A stretch of 64,000 nt of DNA. Origin: an uncultured Gammaproteobacteria bacterium (GTDB lineage Bacteria; Pseudomonadota; Gammaproteobacteria; Pseudomonadales; Halieaceae). The stretch is from the NCBI GenBank assembly GCA_963747995.1, contig CAVVHD010000005.1, positions 1,699-65,698 on the forward strand, written 5' to 3'. Numbering within the stretch: the stretch's first letter is position 1; each line of letters opens with the position of its first letter. The position numbers were made by a program, and so were the translations under genes. Below the pieces are notes generated by a model, which worked only from the letters and a program-made list of their open reading frames with translations, made no database searches and had not been told where the DNA came from. Of this stretch, positions 59,502 to 64,000 are shown piece by piece.

Positions 59502-60542
59502 ATGTTGCAGATACCGAAAGATTTGAACAGCCTGTCCAGCGATTGGCTGGCCCATGTATTGGACGCACCGCTTGCGGGTTTTAAGGTAATCGATGCCAAC
59601 TCCGGCACCACCGGGCGCGCCGTTCTGGAACTAGACTATGCGGAAGCGGTAGAACTACCGCGTCGGCTATTCGTGAAGCTGCCACCCACAGATGAAATGC
59701 AGCGCGCGTTCGTCACCTCCAGCGGCATGGGGCAACGCGAGGCCCACTTCTACGAGAGCTTGTCTGGTGAGGTGCCGGTGCGTGTGCCGCGCTGCTACTT
59801 TGCCGCCAGCGATGACGCGGGAGAGGCCTACATCATGCTGCTGGAAAACCTGGTGGACAGCGGCTGTACTTTCAATAACGCGGGTACGCGCTATTCCCTG
59901 GACTACATCCGCCAGGTGCTGGCGGCATTTGCTCGCCTGCATGCCCGCTACTGGGACTCGCCACGCTTTGCTTCGGATCTGGCCTGGGTGCAGCCGCCAC
60001 TACAGCACGAGATCGCGGTACACCTCATTGCCCAGGCATTGGAAATGCACGCTGCCACTATGCCCGCAGTGTTTCGCGACATGGGCGAATTGTATCTGTC
60101 GCACGCCGATGCGATTCATCGCTTGTGGCACCGCGGAGCGCCGACCCTGATACACGGCGATGTGCACGACGCGAACCTGTTTTTTGATGGTGATGAACCG
60201 GGCTTCCTCGACTGGGCACTGGTGGCGCGAGGGCCAGCGCTGCGCGATGTGGGCTATTTCCTGGCGGGTACGCTGACGCCACAGGACCAGCGCGACCGGG
60301 GGCGGGACATGCTGGCCTACTACCGTGAACAACTGCTGGCACTCGGCGCGCCCGCACCACCGGCGCAGGAATTGTGGCAGCAATACCAGTGGCATGCGGC
60401 CTATGTGTGGGTAGGAGCGACAGTAACGCTGGCGATGGGGGACGCCTGGCAGCCGGTCAACTACGTGATGGCCTCACTGGAACGCCTGCACTCTGCGATG
60501 GACAGCCTTGGTTCGGTAGCGGCGATACGCGCAGCGCTCTAG
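59502..60542 (+). CDS. Phosphotransferase-family (APH/choline-kinase/EcKL-like) kinase-fold protein
   Basis: Brenner-type motif LIHGDVHDANLFF followed by FLDWALVARG. The start is taken at the ATG 4 nt after GGAGG; the track ORF begins at GTG 59481. Confidence 0.8.
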   Translation: MLQIPKDLNSLSSDWLAHVLDAPLAGFKVIDANSGTTGRAVLELDYAEAVELPRRLFVKLPPTDEMQRAFVTSSGMGQREAHFYESLSGEVPVRVPRCYFAASDDAGEAYIMLLENLVDSGCTFNNAGTRYSLDYIRQVLAAFARLHARYWDSPRFASDLAWVQPPLQHEIAVHLIAQALEMHAATMPAVFRDMGELYLSHADAIHRLWHRGAPTLIHGDVHDANLFFDGDEPGFLDWALVARGPALRDVGYFLAGTLTPQDQRDRGRDMLAYYREQLLALGAPAPPAQELWQQYQWHAAYVWVGATVTLAMGDAWQPVNYVMASLERLHSAMDSLGSVAAIRAAL

Positions 60543-61444
60543 GCATTCACCCCGGGGAAATGGTACTCGTGGCCCCACAGGTCGCCCTCGACACTGACGG
60601 TGGGTACGTAGTTCTCCCAGTCAATCAACACGCCATCGTAGCCGTATTCCACGGCAATGCCGCCGGGCGCCAGAATATAGATGGAACACATATTGTCGTT
60701 CACATGGCGGCCCAGTGTAGCGAGGAAGTGCGCTCCGGCTGCTTGCGCGCGCTTCATCGCCTTGCCTACCTCATCCAGCGTTTGCACCTCGACCATGACA
60801 TGTACCACGCCTAGCGGATGGGGGCCATTGAACAGCGCCACGGAGTGCTGGCGCGGGTTGTTGGCGTGCATAAAGTTGATTTTCATACCTTCCATGCCCG
60901 GCGGGTACAGGGTGTCGGTGAGACCCGTGCCGAGAAACTGTGTGTAGAAAGCCGTTGTCGTGTCGAGATCCGGGGCGGGCAGCACGCAGTGGCCAAAGCC
61001 CATGTCACCAGTCTGCTGGTAGGTGGTGACAAAGCCGCTGACGCCGGTGGGGGAGGTCAGTGGCACGTAATCCAGCTTGCGTCCCCAGTACAGTTCCAGC
61101 GTATTGCCAGCGGGGTCCTGTACCGTGGCGAATGCGCTGACGGAGCGTCGCTGCGCTTCTGCGGCTGATCCCGCTGTAACGGTATGTCTTGCACCGGTCA
61201 GCGCATCGAGCGCGGCTTGCCATGACGCGGCACTGGGAAATTCCAGGCCAACGGCAATCAGTTTGTCTGCGGTACCCGGCTCAATCATGAAACGGAACGG
61301 GTGGTCATCCATGCGCAGAAATCTTGCCCCGGCGGCATCGGCGCGCTGTGCGTCCATCAGGCCGAGCACACCGGTGCCGAACTCCATCCATGCCGCAGTG
61401 TCTGTTGACGCAATTCTCAAGTATCCAACAGCGGAAACTGACAT
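60539..61444 (-). CDS. Type I extradiol ring-cleavage dioxygenase (BphC/HsaC-like, two VOC modules)
   Basis: Intact 301 aa. Has YLRIASTD... module 1 and GFGHCVL...HSVALF...HVMVEV...GRHVNDNMCSIY...EYG module 2, with the His/His/Glu pattern. Confidence 0.85.
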   Translation of the reverse strand: MSVSAVGYLRIASTDTAAWMEFGTGVLGLMDAQRADAAGARFLRMDDHPFRFMIEPGTADKLIAVGLEFPSAASWQAALDALTGARHTVTAGSAAEAQRRSVSAFATVQDPAGNTLELYWGRKLDYVPLTSPTGVSGFVTTYQQTGDMGFGHCVLPAPDLDTTTAFYTQFLGTGLTDTLYPPGMEGMKINFMHANNPRQHSVALFNGPHPLGVVHVMVEVQTLDEVGKAMKRAQAAGAHFLATLGRHVNDNMCSIYILAPGGIAVEYGYDGVLIDWENYVPTVSVEGDLWGHEYHFPGVNA

Positions 61445-61742
61445 AGGTTTACTCCTGGTTCATGGGTGCAGGTGGTTTTTACTGCCGACTATTATGGGCG
61501 ATTTTTCGCCACGGGGAAGGCGCGCAACGGCATTCTGAGGCCGCTGGTACAAGTAAAGCAACCCTTAACCGGGATTGCGATATGGAGGGTATACAGTTTG
61601 TTAGCGTCGACGTGCCCGTGGACCAGGCGATCCCGCCCGAGTAGGCAACGACAGCGCTGCCCCCGCGCAGTGCGCAGCCGCACAAAAACATAAGGCGATA
61701 CTGGACGTTTACTTGCGCTTTGGATCAGTCAAACATTTGCTT

Positions 61743-61976
61743 TTATTGTTTAAACTCAAGTGGTGCCAATTCTAGTTTGCTGTCCCGTGGCATGAAGCCT
61801 GAATTCATTATTTTGATATATTCCTTGAGTTTACTTTCAGCCTCCGACAGTTCCTCAAAAGGGCCTTCCATCGTTCCTTCCCGAGTATTGAAAAACCATT
61901 TGCCGTTGTTCTTAAAAAATCGGCCTGATCGAAAGCGTGTTCGATGCGTTAAGTCAGTTTTTCGTTTCTCCGTCAT
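61743..61976 (-). CDS. Small conserved hypothetical protein (about 77 aa)
   Basis: ...RFRSGRFFKNNGKWFFNTREGTMEGPFEELSEAESKLKEYI... resembles a small gammaproteobacterial family I recall (R-S-x-R-F...W-F/Y-F-x-TREG-x-x-GPF). Family name not verified. It lies in low-G+C DNA. Confidence 0.5.
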   Translation of the reverse strand: MTEKRKTDLTHRTRFRSGRFFKNNGKWFFNTREGTMEGPFEELSEAESKLKEYIKIMNSGFMPRDSKLELAPLEFKQ

Positions 61977-62231
61977 TTGCCCAATTCCAATAACTGTTCT
62001 AACTGGTCAAATCTTACTTCAACAATCGCACTCTCGTAATTGATAACTATGCAGGTACTGTGCGATGGATCACAGATCGACTAAGCCAAATTTCCTCACC
62101 ACTACAAACCGCTGCCTAAAATAGCCACTACAAGCACAGTAGATGCGCACTACTAGTGTATATCGGGATGGTCCTCAGGAGCGGAAAAATCTGTACTTAT
62201 CTACACATTTATCTCGTCCTTATTGTTGCAG

Positions 62232-62663
62232 ATGGGCATCATTTCCCTTATTGGAAGAAGCCTGCAGGAGCAACAAGTGGAAGAGGTTGATATATATAAG
62301 CTGCGTCTCCAGATCGAAGGAGTGCCAAGTGAGTACTGGTCTACAGAGCAGCTGGAAGCCTACAGGGATGGACTGATGGCCTACGCAAGAGGAGATCAAC
62401 GGATGTTTAGTGTTGGCCCTATGGCCTCTCGCGAAAGGGCTATAACTGGTGAACTTAATCGTAGGTCCAAGCTAGCGCAACTGGCACTGGAACCGGAACC
62501 GGAACCGGAACCGGAACTGGAACGGGAGCAGGAACTGGAATCTGGGCTATTGGTGGCGAATCGCGCGCTCCACGATACTTACCCGTCGCGTAAAGTGTTG
62601 TACGGGTTTGCCCTATTTGGGTTGCTACTGGGGGGGCTTGGGTTAGGAGTCTTATTAGCCTAG
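62232..62663 (+). CDS. Hypothetical tail-anchored protein with short Glu-Pro repeat
   Basis: The ORF has a hydrophilic helical body, LEPEPEPEPELEREQELE encoded by (GAACCG)4-type repeats, and a C-terminal TM segment YGFALFGLLLGGLGLGVLLA. No family recognised. Start uncertain (TTG 62223 or ATG 62232). Confidence 0.4.
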   Translation: MGIISLIGRSLQEQQVEEVDIYKLRLQIEGVPSEYWSTEQLEAYRDGLMAYARGDQRMFSVGPMASRERAITGELNRRSKLAQLALEPEPEPEPELEREQELESGLLVANRALHDTYPSRKVLYGFALFGLLLGGLGLGVLLA

Positions 62664-63002
62664 TTGGAATGCCCCTTGAATGGGACAGATTTGCGCAAGT
62701 AGAAGTCAAAGCACATAAAAGCACGATATAAGAAGGGACTCAATGCCTGGGGTGTGCATCCCCTAAGTGGAGATTGCCGCGTCGCGATTGATCCGAATCA
62801 ATCCCAGGTAATACACGATCGGTGCAACTACCCAGATCAACTGCGGCAACACGTTATAACCCTGTTCGCCAATGGTCAGTCAGTAGGTAATCCCCCCCGA
62901 TGATCTGAAATGTCATGTTCACGTGATCCTTTGCGTCATTGAGTGGCCGGTCCGGCTCACTGATACTGGCTGCCCAGAATCCCCACCCCACCAAGGAGGG
63001 CT

Positions 63003-63449
63003 GTGACTGTGTCGCAACCGGAAATCCTCAACCAGGCCTTTGAGCTTGGCTTTACCTATACCCGCTCCACCGGCCCGGTGGTCGGTCGTTTCCTGACCGG
63101 GCTCAAGAACCGCAGCATCGTCGGCATCAAGGCCAGCGATGGCCGGGTGGTGGTGCCGCCTATGGAGTACGACCCCGTGACCGCCGCAGAGCTCAGTGAG
63201 TTCGTTGAGGTAGGGCAGCAAGGAGAAATCGTCAGTTTCGCCTGGGTCAAGGAACCGCGGGAGGCCCACCCCATGCAGGTACCCTTTGCCTGGGCGATGA
63301 TCAAACTCGATGGCGCGGATGTGCCCATGATCCACTGCGTGGCTGCGACTGCCGAAAATGATATTGCCACCGGCGCGCGCGTCGAGGCGGTGTGGGCGGA
63401 TGAAACCATCGGCTTCATCACCGATATTCGCTGCTTCAAACTGGTATAG
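63003..63449 (+). CDS. DUF35 OB-fold (acyl-CoA-associated) protein, lacking the zinc ribbon
   Basis: 148 aa with AGGAGG 5 nt before GTG 63003. The pattern ...GPVVGRFLTGLKNRSIVGIKA.DGRVVVPPMEYDP...FAWAMIKLDGAD...GARVEAVW is typical of the DUF35 OB-fold. Confidence 0.75.
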   Translation: MTVSQPEILNQAFELGFTYTRSTGPVVGRFLTGLKNRSIVGIKASDGRVVVPPMEYDPVTAAELSEFVEVGQQGEIVSFAWVKEPREAHPMQVPFAWAMIKLDGADVPMIHCVAATAENDIATGARVEAVWADETIGFITDIRCFKLV

Positions 63450-63462
63450 GAGAGAGCAGGTT

Positions 63463-63978
63463 ATGAGCGACGAACAGCAAGCGATTACCGGTATTAAGGC
63501 GCCGGTCTATCTCAAATACAATTTTACGGCCGGAGCGGCACCATCACGGTTTCTCGTCCAGATCAAGAAGGGTGTGCTGACTGGCCAGCGCTGTCCGAAG
63601 TGTGCCGGCGTGTATGTGCCACCGCGCGGCTCCTGTGCCGCCTGCGGTGTACCTACCGAGGAAGAGGTGGTGCTGTCCGACAAGGCCACGGTGCAATCCT
63701 TCACGATAGTGTCCATCCCCATCCCCAACAACCCGATCCAGCCGCCCTACATCATTGCCAATGTCGTGCCGGACGGTGCCAGCGTCTCGTTTATCCACTT
63801 ACTGAGCGAGTGTGTGAATGAGGACATTCATATCGGCCAGCGCGTGCAGGCGGTGTGGAAACCAAAAGCCGAATGGGATTACGCGATGGACAACATCCGC
63901 TATTTCAAGCCTATCGACGAACCTGATGTGCCGGTGGAAAAAATCGGTAAATTAGCAGCCACCGGCTGGGAGGGCTAA
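63463..63978 (+). CDS. DUF35 OB-fold protein with rubredoxin-like zinc ribbon
   Basis: GQRCPKCAGVYVPPRGSCAACG (CxxC...CxxC) is followed by an OB-fold (...QSFTIV...PYIIANVVPDG...GQRVQAVWKP). An AGGAGAG RBS lies upstream. Confidence 0.8.
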   Translation: MSDEQQAITGIKAPVYLKYNFTAGAAPSRFLVQIKKGVLTGQRCPKCAGVYVPPRGSCAACGVPTEEEVVLSDKATVQSFTIVSIPIPNNPIQPPYIIANVVPDGASVSFIHLLSECVNEDIHIGQRVQAVWKPKAEWDYAMDNIRYFKPIDEPDVPVEKIGKLAATGWEG

Positions 63979-63981
63979 CCA

Positions 63982-64000
63982 ATGAAACAAATTGCAATAG
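63982..64000 (+). CDS. 5' end of a further CDS truncated by the window edge (possibly the thiolase-like partner of the DUF35 pair)
   Basis: ATG 3 nt after the previous stop. The MKQIAI... start is typical of SCP-x/thiolase-like proteins that accompany DUF35 genes. Only 6 codons are visible. Confidence 0.3.

Noticed and set aside
62760-62940. Minus-strand fragments (MTFQIIGG... and ...GEQGYNVLPQLIWVVAPIVYYLGLIRINRDAAIST) around a C7/G7 homopolymer. These could be one small membrane protein split by a frameshift.
   Set aside because: Too short, with no recognisable family and no clear RBS. Noted only within the low-G+C insert finding.

Overview
This 64-kb window is a chromosomal segment from a high-G+C Gram-negative bacterium. 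Gene content suggests a marine gammaproteobacterium (PEP-CTERM protein, HLD-II haloalkane dehalogenase, WS/DGAT, CstA, SbtA/SbtB homologues, AHL-acylase-like Ntn hydrolase). That placement is an inference, not a search result. All family assignments come from reading the supplied translations against remembered motifs; nothing was searched.

I can support about 58 protein-coding loci and found no rRNA, tRNA or CRISPR array. In order:
- OprB-like porin, MFS exporter and glutaminase.
- A partial arginine-deiminase locus (arcD, arcA and a YfcC-type carrier, with no arcB or arcC).
- An envelope lipid block: secreted amidohydrolase, patatin lipoprotein, DUF4105 and an NlpC/P60 protein.
- pntA(C-terminal part)-pntB.
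- A visibly lower-G+C block with a DAACS symporter, ybdD-like gene and cstA.
- sprT, a 938-aa DUF748/AsmA-like protein, an AraC regulator and a GGDEF protein.
- An acyl-CoA catabolic cluster: acyl-CoA dehydrogenase, 3-hydroxyacyl-CoA dehydrogenase, family III CoA-transferase/racemase, enoyl-CoA hydratase and a carboxyltransferase.
- A mosaic island (about 32.4-37.4 kb) bounded by mobile-element remnants. It carries a BNR-propeller lipoprotein, gdhA, a decayed ABC ATPase fragment and a (Thr-Pro)35 PEP-CTERM protein.
- purK-purE translationally coupled to SbtA/SbtB homologues, followed by LysR, BI-1 and SulP/STAS genes.
- A tight BVMO, haloalkane dehalogenase, GST, RPH-like phosphotransferase and SDR operon.
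- SYLF, WS/DGAT, a solute-binding protein, an AHL-acylase-like protein, a kinase-fold protein, an extradiol dioxygenase and a tandem DUF35 pair.

The most striking technical feature is about 30 frameshifts that interrupt otherwise well-conserved genes. They are concentrated at 6-15 kb and 26-32.4 kb. I annotate those loci as full-span pseudogenes, but I suspect assembly indels rather than real decay.

I do not see a clear-cut novel defence-type system. The best candidates for follow-up are the purEK-sbtAB linkage, the dehalogenase operon and the TP-repeat island.
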